From contig CBFGTS010000005.1 of assembly GCA_965652295.1 (NCBI GenBank), positions 226,671 to 290,670 on the forward strand: a DNA stretch of 64,000 bases. Direction: 5' to 3'. This stretch comes from an uncultured Haloferula sp. (lineage in GTDB: Bacteria; Verrucomicrobiota; Verrucomicrobiia; Verrucomicrobiales; Akkermansiaceae). The notes beneath the pieces are model-generated. The model searched no databases. It was given only the letters and a program-made list of their open reading frames with translations, and was not told where the DNA came from. Positions 1 to 10,563 of this stretch are shown in pieces. The translations under genes and the position numbers were made by a program. How positions within the stretch are numbered: the stretch's first letter is position 1; every line of letters starts with the position of its first letter.

Positions 1-545
1 TGGGACAAAACACCGGCATGACCCTGCATCCTTCGGACTTGGGAGCGACGACTCAAAACCGCCTCGGCCGCTCCCAATACAACGACCCGTATTTCAACGG
101 TCGCCTCGATGACTTCCGCCTCTATGGCAACGCCCTCAGCGCGTCCGACGTCCTTGCTCTCGCCTCGGCCGCCCTCACTCCGCTCGAAAGCTGGCGCCTC
201 ATTCATTTCGGAACCACGTCGGGCACCGGCGACGCCGCGGATTCCGCCGATCCCGATGGTGACGGCTGGACCAATTCGCAGGAGTTCATCTCAGGCACCG
301 ACCCGAACGATCGCACGAGCCTTTTGAAAGTGACCCAGATGCAAGCCAGCGGAAACGACATCCAGCTTGGCTTCCCGACCGTGAACGGGAAGACCTACCG
401 CTTGGAGCGGTCCGGCACCTTGCTGAACGGCTCATGGACGCCCGTTCAGGAAAACATCCTGGGCTCCGGCGCGGAGATCCAGGTCACCGACACTGGCGGA
501 GCCAATCAAGCCAGGAGATTCTACCGCATCGTCGTCGTGCCCTGA
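1..545 (+). CDS. 3' end of a large secreted modular protein (LamG/ConA-like domain + DxDxDG/RFYR C-terminal domain); 5' part lies outside the window
   Basis: LGRSQYNDPYFNGRLDDFRLY is a LamG-like C-terminal strand; ends DPDGDGWTN..EF..GTDP...RRFYRIVVVP like the next gene. Confidence 0.8.
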   Translation, partial: GQNTGMTLHPSDLGATTQNRLGRSQYNDPYFNGRLDDFRLYGNALSASDVLALASAALTPLESWRLIHFGTTSGTGDAADSADPDGDGWTNSQEFISGTDPNDRTSLLKVTQMQASGNDIQLGFPTVNGKTYRLERSGTLLNGSWTPVQENILGSGAEIQVTDTGGANQARRFYRIVVVP

Positions 546-584
546 GATCGAAACCATCTCCATCCGCCGAAGATATTCATCTCC

Positions 585-3500
585 ATGTCCATCTCGTCCT
601 TGCGCGCCACTTCCGCCTTCATCCGCCGATTCTCGCATCTTTCGTCCGTCGCCCTCTCCACCTGGTTTGCCTGTGGCTCGCTGCACGCGGTTCCTTCAGA
701 TCCCTGGACGCGCGGAACTGGGTTTCATGGAAACATCACTTTGGGTGCGCTGAAAGACTCGTCCGTGGTCAATCGCCAATGGGTGAATGATGATCCGATT
801 CCAGATGTCGTGAATTACGATTTCAACCTGAATGGCTGGCCTTACGACGTTTACGTCCCACCAAGCTATGACGGGACCAAGCCCTACGGAGTGATGGTTT
901 ACATCACCTCGGATCAAAACACGGGCGGCGTGGTGCTTCAGGGCGTTTCCAACGAACGGGACATCATCTGGATCGCGCCGCGGAATGTCGGAACAACGCG
1001 TATTCGCCGGATCGTTACGGTGCCGGGCTCTTTGCGATCTACCGCGCCAAGGAAATGTTCAACATCGATCCCCGGCGTGTTTACAACTCGGGGAAATCCG
1101 GCGGTGCCCGCACGGCCAGCGCACTGGCGTTTTATCATTCGGAGGTTTTCCGCGGCACCGCCCCTTCGGCGGGCTTCGCGATGCCTCGACTCGACGAGGT
1201 CACACCGGACTACATCCCCAACACCAGCGGTCAGTCCGACACCTATTTCAATTATTCGGACGGTCCGTTTTTCTACTACTACCTCACCAACCATTCCCTC
1301 CACGACTCCATCTACACCACCGCCAAGGCGAACAAGCTGCGCTCCTATATCCTCGGACGCTACGGCGACTACCGTGAGGATTACTTCGTCGAAGCCTTCC
1401 ACTGTGCCTACGAGCCGCAGGGCTTGGACTGTTTCCTCTACAACGGCCCCGGCGGCCACTCGGATCCCAATGACGCCGAGATGATCGAGGCCATCGATTA
1501 TCTCGACCGCGACGACACGTTTCCCGTCAACGCCAACATCAACGCTGGCGCGGGCGGTTTCTCCGGGATCACCAACATCAGCCAGGCGGGTGCGTCGGCG
1601 GTGGAAGCGACGTCCGGCGGCGACACGACGTACACCCTCACGCCCGCTCTCAACTCGGTGGCGGCGGCGAAATCCGGTTCGAACTTTTACTGGGACAACG
1701 CCAACGGTTCGACCGTGCGCTGGCTGTGGGAGGTGAAAAACGCGAGCCCCACGAACCAGAAAACCTGTTTCGGTTTGTGGGCGGGCGACGAGACATGGGG
1801 TGGGGGAGTTCCGGTTTCCATCAGCGCCGGCAACAAACCCGGTATCCTCATCACCATCACCCAAAACGGCTCGCAAAACCGTATGATCATCAGCGCGCGT
1901 TCCGATGCGGGCGGCGAAACGATTTTCTACGACGGTTTCTTCAACTTCGTCCCGGCCTATGCGACCGCATGGACGAGCACCCGGACCGGCTACCTCACCG
2001 GCACCGGGTCGCCGGTGGAGATCCGCATGGACCTCAACGACCGGCGCTGGCAGCTCACGTTCAACGGCATCGTCTTGAACGGTGCGACGAACGCCATCGC
2101 CAGCGGCACCGAGATCACCCGCGACAACCGGCGTGCGATCTATGGCTACTGGAACTCCGCCATCGGAGGCGGAAGTTTCTGGGAACACGATCCGTTCACG
2201 TCCTGGAACAACACTTGGTCGCCCTTCACCAAATCGATCTTCACCGCCACCGCCGGAGCGCTTTCCGGCACGGGCGCGACACCTTCGCCGATGGAGTTGC
2301 GGTATGTGATCGCCAGCGATCCGGGCCTGCCCGACCCGCTTCCCCCCGGCCCCACCGGCATTGACGCTTCGGCGGCCTATGGCACGCTGAGTCTGACTTG
2401 GGATGCCCTCTCCGGCGCGACCGGTTACACCATCAAGCGCGCCACCATCTCCGGCGGCCCCTACATCACCCTCGCGAGCAACGTCACCGCCACCACCTAC
2501 ACCGACGCCACCGCCCAGTCCGGCGTCCTTTACTACTACACCGTTTCTGCCGACACCACCTCGGGCGCCACCGCCAACGGCACCGAATCCGCCGCCGGCC
2601 TGAACCCCCTCCGCCTCCGTAGCACCGGCGGCACCGCCAGCAGCGGCACCAACACCACTGGCGCGGAAGGCGCGGACAAGGCCTTCGACGGCACCCTCGC
2701 CAAATGGTTCAACGGCACCGGCGCTACCGATTGGCTGCAATACCGCTTCCCCTCCGGCAAACGGTTTCCGCTCAGCCGATACATCCTCTCCTCCGGCAAC
2801 GACGTCCCCGGACGCGACCCCGTGAACTGGCAAATCCTCGGCAGCAACGACGGCCTCAACTGGGACACCCTCGACACCCGCACCGGTCAGGCCTTCCCCG
2901 CCCGCCTGCAAACTTACAACTACGACGTCCCCCTGACCGCCGCCTACGAATACTACCGCCTCAACATCACCACCAACGGCGGAGCCACTGGCATTCAGCT
3001 CACCGAGTTGCAACTCCTCTCACCCGACATGGTCGCCCCCGTCATCGCCACCCCGGCCGACCTCCTCGTCGGCACCATCGACGGCAGCGGTGCCACCGTG
3101 ACCTTCGCCCCGACTGCCACCGACGACGAAGACGGCCCCGTCACCGTCCTCTGCACGCCGCCCTCGGGCGGCGTCTTCCCCATCGGCTCGACCACCGTCA
3201 CCTGCACCGCCAGCGACACGAGCGGCAACCACACCCAATCCACGTTCACCGTCACCGTGAACGACGACACCCTCAACGACCTCTCGCCGCCCGCCATCAC
3301 CGTTCCCGCCGACATCACCGTGCACGCGACCAGCCCCGCCGGTGCCACCGTCACCTTCACGACCTCCGCCCTCGACGTGATCGACGGCGCGCGCGCCACC
3401 GCCAGCTCCCCCGCCTCCGGCTCCCTATTCCCCGTCGGCACCACCGTCGTCACCACCACCGCCTCCGACACCAAGGGCAATGCCGGCTCGCGCACCTTCA

Positions 3501-4774
3501 CCGTCACCGTCCAGCCCTACATCCAGACCCGCGCCTGGCTGAAATTCGACGAAGCCAGCGGCTTGGCGGCGGACGACGCCACCGGCAACAACTGGACCGG
3601 CACGCTCGTCGGCGGCCCCACCTGGGCCACCGGCAGGCTCAACAACGCCGTCAGCCTCAGCGGCTCCACGCAATACGTCACCCTGCCCACGGGCGTCGTC
3701 AACGGCCTCGCCACCTGCACCATCAGCGCCTGGGTCAACCTCGGTGCCACCAGCAACTGGCAACGCATCTTCGACTTCGGTACCGGCACCAACAACTACA
3801 TGTTCCTCTCCCCGCAAAACGGTGCCAACAGCAAGATCCGCTTCGCCATCCGCACCGCCTCCGTCGCCGAACAGATCATCGACGGCGCCGCCACCCTGCC
3901 CACCGGCAGCTGGCAACACGTCGCCGTCGTCCTCAACGGCGCCACCGGCACCCTCTACGTGAACGGCGTCCAGGTCGGCCAAAACACCGCCATGACGCTC
4001 AATCCCTCCAGCCTCGGCGCGACCACCAACAACTACCTCGGCAAATCGCAGTTCAACGACCCCTACCTCAACGGTGCCGTGGACGACTTCCAGATCATCG
4101 CCCAGGCCCTCACCGGCCAGCAAGTGGCCGCCTTGGCCGCTCCGCCCGCCGCCCCGACCTCGCTCACTGCCAACATCGGCGACACTCAGGTTTCCTTGGG
4201 CTGGGCCTCCGTCGCCGGAGCCGTCAGCTACAACGTCAAACGCGCGCCCGTCAGCGGTGGACCTTATGCCTTCGTCGCCAACACCTCGGCCACCAGCCAT
4301 ACCGACACCGGTCTGACCAACGGCACGACCTACCACTACGTCGTCACCGCGCTCAACGCAGCGACGGAGAGCCTGAACAGCGTCGAAGTCAGCGCCACGC
4401 CCTTGACCGCTCTCCAGCAATGGCGTCAAACGAACTTCGGCACCACCTCGGGCACCGGCGATGCGGCCGACAACGCCGATCCGGACGGCGATGGCATGAC
4501 GAACGCCGAGGAGTTCACCGCCGGCACCGATCCTCGGGACGCGGGCAGCATGTTCCGCGTGAGTGACGCGACGGTGGATGGCTCCGATGTCCTGCTGAGT
4601 TTCCCGACGGTGACAGGGAAAACCTATCGCCTCGAACGCTCCGACGACCTGTTGAACGGCTCATGGGCTCCGGTGCAGGACAACATCCCGGGCACCGGCG
4701 GCACCGTCCAGATCCCCGTCGCCCTCGACTCCCTTCACATCCGACGCTTCTATCGCATCGCTGTCGTTCCGTGA
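585..4774 (+). CDS. Secreted alpha/beta-hydrolase (esterase/depolymerase-like) with Fn3, F5/8-discoidin, 2x HYR, LamG, Fn3 and C-terminal domain; split by a -1 frameshift near 991
   Basis: ORF 585 gives signal peptide and YVPPSYDGTKPYGVMVY..WIAPRNVG; frame of ORF 1055 continues NNAYSPDRYGAGLFAIYRAKEMFNIDPRRVYNSGKSGG (GxSxG elbow); HYR motifs FPIGSTTVTCTA and FPVGTTVVT. Confidence 0.75.
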
Positions 4775-4821
4775 ACGTCCCTCGCATCCGCTTCAGGCCA
4801 GTCATGCCGAGAAAGTCGGCC

Positions 4822-4837
4822 ACTTAATCGCGCAAGT
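4822..4837. promoter_or_regulatory. Candidate LacI-family operator ACTTAATCGCGCAAGT
   Basis: Pseudo-palindrome also found at 9562, 14178 and next to lacI at 47150. Confidence 0.55.
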
Positions 4838-4996
4838 TACGAGGCCATTGCGCTCCTGAAGCGAATGGACGAAACACTTCCGGTCAGGCGTCTCCACGAG
4901 CAGCCCCCCCATTTTGTTCTGCACGCAAGGTGCTCATGATCATCGTGCGAACAAAAGAAAAGGACCTCGGTTCGAATGCCCCATCCAAGAAACACC

Positions 4997-5881
4997 ATGA
5001 AAACCAAAGCACTGCGTATCCGTTCGGCGGCCCAGCCCATTCTGGCCGCCATCGCATTGGGTTCCGCTGCTCACGCCGCGACGACCCTTGAAAACTATTT
5101 CGACTTCACCAGTTACGGCAGCGTGGCAGGAGGAGGCACCGTCACCGCTATCGGCAACACCGGTTCCACCGCCACCGTCAAATCGGCCGCCACATCCCTG
5201 ACCAGCTCGGGTCTCGCGATCACCGCTGGCACCAACGCAAGCAGCACCGGCGTCAACCTCACGGGCTCCGATCTCAGCGGGTTCACGAGCGACTTCACGC
5301 TGCAGATGTGGTTCACGAGCCCGTCCACGGTTGCGGGCAATACAGCACTCTTCGGCGGCACGACTTCTGCGACGATCGACGGCAGCATGGTGGGGGATCA
5401 GGCACTTTTTGCCGCCTACAGTAACACCAATCCGCGGTTTCTGCGCCAGATCATGAGCAGCAACTCGACATTCGGAATCGCTGGTGCGCCCCCGTCCGGA
5501 ACGGCGGCCACGGCCAGCACGCCCTATGATTACATGCTCATCTATACCGCCAGCACGAATACCGTCCAAGCCTACTTGGACGGAGTGGCTGTCGGTGCCG
5601 GGCTTAGCACGGCCTACTTCCAAGGACTCGACTCCCTCACGAACGGCTTCGCTATTGGCGGGGTGCAAAGCCCCGCATTCGGCGACAACGCTGCCGCGAT
5701 CAACGTCACCTCGTTCATGATGTACTCCGGTGCCCTGACGTCGGACGAAATCAACGACATCCACGCGTTTGGCTCTACTCCGAGCTTGAACCAACTGGGT
5801 TCCGTCGTGGTGGTTCCGGAGCCGACCGCAGCTCTACTGGGCGGCCTCGGCTTCCTCGGCCTGCTTCGCCGCCGTCGCTGA
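4997..5881 (+). CDS. PEP-CTERM sorting-domain protein (LamG-like body)
   Basis: Signal peptide ending AAHA; C-terminus VPEPTAALLGGLGFLGLLRRRR. Confidence 0.9.
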   Translation: MKTKALRIRSAAQPILAAIALGSAAHAATTLENYFDFTSYGSVAGGGTVTAIGNTGSTATVKSAATSLTSSGLAITAGTNASSTGVNLTGSDLSGFTSDFTLQMWFTSPSTVAGNTALFGGTTSATIDGSMVGDQALFAAYSNTNPRFLRQIMSSNSTFGIAGAPPSGTAATASTPYDYMLIYTASTNTVQAYLDGVAVGAGLSTAYFQGLDSLTNGFAIGGVQSPAFGDNAAAINVTSFMMYSGALTSDEINDIHAFGSTPSLNQLGSVVVVPEPTAALLGGLGFLGLLRRRR

Positions 5882-5910
5882 TCACGCAGCTTCGAAATCC
5901 TGCACTTCTC

Positions 5911-5947
5911 CGCCGCCTCCGATTCTGATCGGTGGCGGCGTCTTTTT
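5911..5947 (+). terminator. Rho-independent terminator
   Basis: CGCCGCCTCCGAT/ATCGGTGGCGGCG stem followed by TCTTTTT. Confidence 0.75.
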
Positions 5948-6445
5948 GTCTCCGTGCCGGACAACGGCCCGATCTACTATGGCTGCATGAAACCGGAAAT
6001 CGGAGGAGGGACGCCCTCGTCCCTCAACCCCGGCAGCCGCTTTCCTTCAGGCTCCTGCTCAGGTGCGCCGCACGCCGATGCAAACAAAGCGCCCCGTCAG
6101 TTTTGCATACCCTCGAAACCCGAAGACCCCGGAGAAGGGAAGAATGCCGACTGACTCGAATGGCGCGGTTCTCAGAGTCAGTTCGAGAGCGCCGTGTCGA
6201 AGGTCGGGAGATCGGAAGGTCCGCATCACCAGCGATCCCGACTTGCCGTCACGGCGTGAACCAAGGAACTTTCGACCTTTGACCTTGCGACTTCCGGACT
6301 GCACTTTCCACACCGTCCGTTTCCGAGATCACGTTTAAGTCAGCCCGGTTCCCGACTGACTCCCTGAATCGGGGGAGATCCATTTCCCGCAGGAACGACA
6401 TCGACGCTTCCTCGACCGCCATGTCTGTTTGGCAGTTTGCGGTCC

Positions 6446-9388
6446 ATGTCCGCGGAAACCCAAGCCCCATCCTGCATGCGTTTACTCCGGTGTTTTGCCG
6501 CCCTGATCCTTGTCTCCGGTTCAACACGCGCTGCCGACTATGTTTGGAAAAACGCCGTCATTGGTGGCGGCGGCTATGTCACCGGCATCGAGTACCATCC
6601 GTCCGAACCCGGCCTCGCTTACGGCCGCACCGACGTCGGCGGAGTCTATCGACGGGACTCGGCCACGCGCCCGTGGGTTCCGCTCAACGACTGGGTCGGC
6701 GGCCTGGACAACGGATTCATGGATCTGGGTGTGCTGAGCGTTGGCCTCGATCCCACGGATCCCGACCGGGTCTATCTCGCCTGCGGCCAATATCTGGAAT
6801 GGTGGGCACCGCCGGCGCGTTTCATGAGTTCGTCCGATCGCGGCGCGACGTGGACCGACATCGCGCTGCCCTTCAAGCTCGGTGGCAACATGAACGGTCG
6901 CGGGACCGGCGAGCGGCTGGCAGTGGACCCAAACGATGGCGCGCGGATCTTCCTCGGCACCACGGCGGACGGGCTGTGGCGCAGCACGGACCGCGGGGCG
7001 ACGTGGGCTCGTCTAACAGAATTCACTCCCGCGGCGACCACCTTCGTCCTGTGCGATCCGGATCACGCGGGCACGCTGTATGCCGGTGCGGCACAGACCG
7101 ATGGCCCGACCTTGTGGAAATCCACGGACGGCGGCGAAACGTGGGACGCGGTGGCGGGACAGCCGTCCGGGCTGATCGCCTTGCAGGCGAAGCTTGATGC
7201 GGCGGGCGATCTCTTCATCACCTTCTCCGATCATGTGGGACCGAACAGCGCGGCTGCCGGATCCGCGTGGAAATACTCCGCCGCCGGGACGTGGACGGAT
7301 CTCAATGTCCCGGGCGGCCAAGGCGGCTTTGGCGGGATCGCCGTGGACCCGAACCTGCCGGGACGCCTTGTGGTTTCCACCCTCAACCGCTGGTGGCCGG
7401 GCGACGAGATCTATCGCTCCGACGACGGCGGCGAGACCTGGACCGGCGTGCTCGATGGTGCGTCTCTGGATCATTCCTCCGCGCCGTGGGCGGCCACGCT
7501 GTCGCCACACTGGATCAGCGACGTGGAGATCGACCCCTTCGATTCGGGACGCGCGTCGTTCATCACCGGCTACGGGATCTTTTCGACCTCCAATCTCGGC
7601 GCGACTCCGGGAATGCCGATGTGGTCCTTCGACAGCAGGGGACTGGAAGAATGCGTGCCGCAGGCGCTGGTCAGCCCGGCTGAAGGCCCGCCGCTGGTCA
7701 GCGTGATCGGCGATTTCGACGGCTTCCGCCATGACAACCTCGATGCCTCGCCCGCGCTCGGCCGCCACTCGCCGAGCAAGGGAACCACGCATGCGCTGGA
7801 CGGCGCGGGTACGGTGCCTGCCGTACTTGCGAAGATGCATGGAGCCACCGGAGCGATCTCGCGCGACGGCGGCGCGACCTGGACGGATTTCCCCACAGCG
7901 CCGGCCACGGCGTCCTCAGAGCGTGGCGAACTCGCGGTATCGGCTGACGGCTCAAGGATACTGTGGTGTCCCAAGGCCTCCGCGGCCTATGTTTCCACCG
8001 ACGACGGGGCGACATGGACGCCCTGCGCCGGCAGCCCCACGGGCGATCTGTGGCCGGCGGCGGACCGGGTGAATCCGCTGCGTTTCGCGGTTCTCGATCC
8101 GGAGACCCGTGTGGTGCATGTGAGTACGGATGGCGGCGCGACCTTTTCCGCGGGCGACAACGCTCTGCCGGGGGGCAGTGACCGGATCGAGGCGGTGCCG
8201 GGTCAGGCCGGTCACTTGTGGCTCACGGCGTGGGGTGGGGGGCTTTGGCGTTCCACGGATGGGGGCGCGGATCTCGTCCAAGTGACCTCGGTCGAACGCG
8301 GCTACCGCGTTGGTTTCGGGCGTTCGGCGGATGGCACGGGATACCCCGCGATTTTCCTGTGGGGACGCGTCGGTGGGATCGACGGGCTGTTCCGCAGCGA
8401 TGATACCGGCGCGACCTGGCAGCGGATCAATGACAGCCTCCATCAGTTCGGCCACATCACCGACCTGACCGGCGACCCGCGGGTGCATGGCCGCGTCTAT
8501 CTGGGGACCAGCGGACGCGGCGTGATCGTCGGCGAGGAAACGACGGAGCCGCGGTTCACGGAGATGATTTATCAGGACGGGCTCGCGGAGGGCTGGCAGA
8601 ACTGGAGCTGGGCCACAGTGAACATGCCCTCGGCGGTTCCGGTGCGGCGCGGATCGTCCGCGGTATCGGTCACGGCAGGCGGTTGGGCCGCCCTCTATCT
8701 GCGGCGGCTGGCGTTTCAGAATACCTCCGGGTATGCGGCGCTGGCTTTCTGGATTCATGGGGGCGCGACCGGCGGCCAGACGCTGCAAGTCATCGGCCTG
8801 CGCGACGGTGTCACCCAAGCGCCGAGGGCGATCCCCGCGCCGGCCGCCGATATCTGGACACGCGTGGTGATCCCGCTGTCGGAGTTGGGCCTGTCGGGGG
8901 CATACGATTTCAACGGTGTGTGGATCCAGAACGTCAGCGGCTCGGCGATTTCCACCTTTCACGTGGACGACATCGCGCTGGTCGGCGAAGCGGATGCGGA
9001 TGACTGGGCGGCGGTCGATTGGGAGAGCTGGCGGCAGTCGGAATTCTCCTCGGCCGCGCTGGCAGACGCCGGCATCAGCGGCCCCGATGCGGACCCCGAC
9101 CGCGACGGACGTGGGAACCGTGCCGAATGGTATTTGCTGGGCAGCGCCTCGGAGAACGACGGCCCGTGGTGCACGTGGCAGCTTCAAGACGACACGGCGG
9201 TGCTGAGTTATGATCGCCGCGCGGGCTTTCCATCGGCCCTGACGTTTGAGATCTCGACGGATCTCAACTCCTGGTCCCCGGCGGGCGGGGAACCACAACT
9301 GCTCCCGCTCGATGCCTCAGGGCTGCGGGAACGGGCATCCTGGACCTTCCCCAGCACCATGCCGACGCTGTACGTCCGGCTCCGCTGA
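6446..9388 (+). CDS. GH74-family xyloglucanase/endoglucanase with C-terminal carbohydrate-binding-like module
   Basis: WKNAVIGGGGYVTGI..YGRTDVGGVYR, GGNMNGRGTGERLAVDP, many BNR (SxDxGxTW) repeats, GDPRVHGRVYLGTSGRG. Confidence 0.88.
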   Translation: MSAETQAPSCMRLLRCFAALILVSGSTRAADYVWKNAVIGGGGYVTGIEYHPSEPGLAYGRTDVGGVYRRDSATRPWVPLNDWVGGLDNGFMDLGVLSVGLDPTDPDRVYLACGQYLEWWAPPARFMSSSDRGATWTDIALPFKLGGNMNGRGTGERLAVDPNDGARIFLGTTADGLWRSTDRGATWARLTEFTPAATTFVLCDPDHAGTLYAGAAQTDGPTLWKSTDGGETWDAVAGQPSGLIALQAKLDAAGDLFITFSDHVGPNSAAAGSAWKYSAAGTWTDLNVPGGQGGFGGIAVDPNLPGRLVVSTLNRWWPGDEIYRSDDGGETWTGVLDGASLDHSSAPWAATLSPHWISDVEIDPFDSGRASFITGYGIFSTSNLGATPGMPMWSFDSRGLEECVPQALVSPAEGPPLVSVIGDFDGFRHDNLDASPALGRHSPSKGTTHALDGAGTVPAVLAKMHGATGAISRDGGATWTDFPTAPATASSERGELAVSADGSRILWCPKASAAYVSTDDGATWTPCAGSPTGDLWPAADRVNPLRFAVLDPETRVVHVSTDGGATFSAGDNALPGGSDRIEAVPGQAGHLWLTAWGGGLWRSTDGGADLVQVTSVERGYRVGFGRSADGTGYPAIFLWGRVGGIDGLFRSDDTGATWQRINDSLHQFGHITDLTGDPRVHGRVYLGTSGRGVIVGEETTEPRFTEMIYQDGLAEGWQNWSWATVNMPSAVPVRRGSSAVSVTAGGWAALYLRRLAFQNTSGYAALAFWIHGGATGGQTLQVIGLRDGVTQAPRAIPAPAADIWTRVVIPLSELGLSGAYDFNGVWIQNVSGSAISTFHVDDIALVGEADADDWAAVDWESWRQSEFSSAALADAGISGPDADPDRDGRGNRAEWYLLGSASENDGPWCTWQLQDDTAVLSYDRRAGFPSALTFEISTDLNSWSPAGGEPQLLPLDASGLRERASWTFPSTMPTLYVRLR

Positions 9389-9561
9389 GTTCCAGCAGGT
9401 CGCGGGCAACCGCACGCAGGCGAGCCGACCCCGCCTCTCGTTCGACGGCGGGATTGGCAAGGATGACTGAGACATTCACGGCTCCGCCATCAGGAAATGC
9501 TGTGGGTTTCGTGCCCTCCATGACTCCGCTGCCGGTCAGCTGCAACCCCTTCGCTTTCGTG

Positions 9562-9577
9562 ACTTAACCGAGCAAGT
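9562..9577. promoter_or_regulatory. Candidate LacI-family operator ACTTAACCGAGCAAGT
   Basis: Same motif as 4822, 14178 and 47150; upstream of an operon. Confidence 0.55.
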
Positions 9578-9685
9578 GTCCCAACCCTTGTCCTCCCTAG
9601 GCTCTTGGAGAGTAGGCTTCACAATTGGACCCAACCCACGATCCGCGCGGATCATCGGTCCGAAAACCCGCTTGTCACAAACCCA

Positions 9686-10504
9686 ATGAAGAAGCCCAAC
9701 CTGGCCTTTCGCTCCGCGATCGACCGGCTGCCCTTGTCCCGATCCACATGGATGCTGGCGGCAGTCGGCGGACTTTGCACAGTGGCCGTCCTCGCCTTCG
9801 TTCAAACCAAAGGATCACCAGCATCCCACCCGGCGAAGCCAGCAGCGCCCCCCCTTTCTCGTATCGAGGAACCTTCCACCCAGCGATCTCCCGGACAGGG
9901 ACAGCAAACCGACGATCCGGCCCAAGCGCTGGCCCAGGCATTCTCACTTCAAGAAAGAAGCGAACGCGAGAGCCGCATCCGGGAATTGCTCTCCATGTGG
10001 GCCATTCGGGACGCAAAGGCGGCGCTGAACTGGGTTTCCTCGCTGGAGGATCCCGCTGCCCGACTTTCCGCCCGCTCCACCGTCTGCCTGGCTCTCGCGG
10101 AAAAGGATCCATGCCAGGCCATCGTGCTCGCGCTCGCCCATGGCGCGGACGAGGACGATCACGGAGGATTGCTCGAATATCTGACGATGCAGTGGTGCGG
10201 GAAAGAGCCCGAGGCCGCTCTCGATTGGGCGTGCGAGCAGCCGCCCGGCGAATGGCGGGACCGCCTGCTCGCGAGCGCCTCGTTCATGCTCTCCAAGTCC
10301 GACCCCGCCGCGGCGGCCCATCTTGTCTCGGATCTCGAACCGGGAACCGTGCAGGACGAAGCGGTCATGGCCGTGCTCCACCAATGGGCGCTCCAGGATT
10401 CCTCCGCCGCACTCCAGTGGGCGGAAGCCTTCTCCGAATCTCCCCTCCGCGATCGAGCGCTCGCGGAGATCTCGAATCTCCGAAGCTACCTCCAATCTCC
10501 ATGA
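9686..10504 (+). CDS. Membrane-anchored helical-repeat hypothetical protein (W..xDPxAAxxW repeats)
   Basis: N-terminal TM segment; repeats DAKAALNW, EPEAALDW, DPAAAA, DSSAALQW. Confidence 0.7.
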   Translation: MKKPNLAFRSAIDRLPLSRSTWMLAAVGGLCTVAVLAFVQTKGSPASHPAKPAAPPLSRIEEPSTQRSPGQGQQTDDPAQALAQAFSLQERSERESRIRELLSMWAIRDAKAALNWVSSLEDPAARLSARSTVCLALAEKDPCQAIVLALAHGADEDDHGGLLEYLTMQWCGKEPEAALDWACEQPPGEWRDRLLASASFMLSKSDPAAAAHLVSDLEPGTVQDEAVMAVLHQWALQDSSAALQWAEAFSESPLRDRALAEISNLRSYLQSP

Positions 10505-10563
10505 ACGACGGGAGTCGTAGTACTTCCGCCCATCCGACAACAAAAACAACCCACAAAAACACC

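Noticed and set aside
9625..10563. N-terminal extension of the 1404-aa ORF (likewise 46958-47500 and 63174-63362)
   Set aside because: Overlaps another gene or a promoter region; signal peptides begin at the later ATGs
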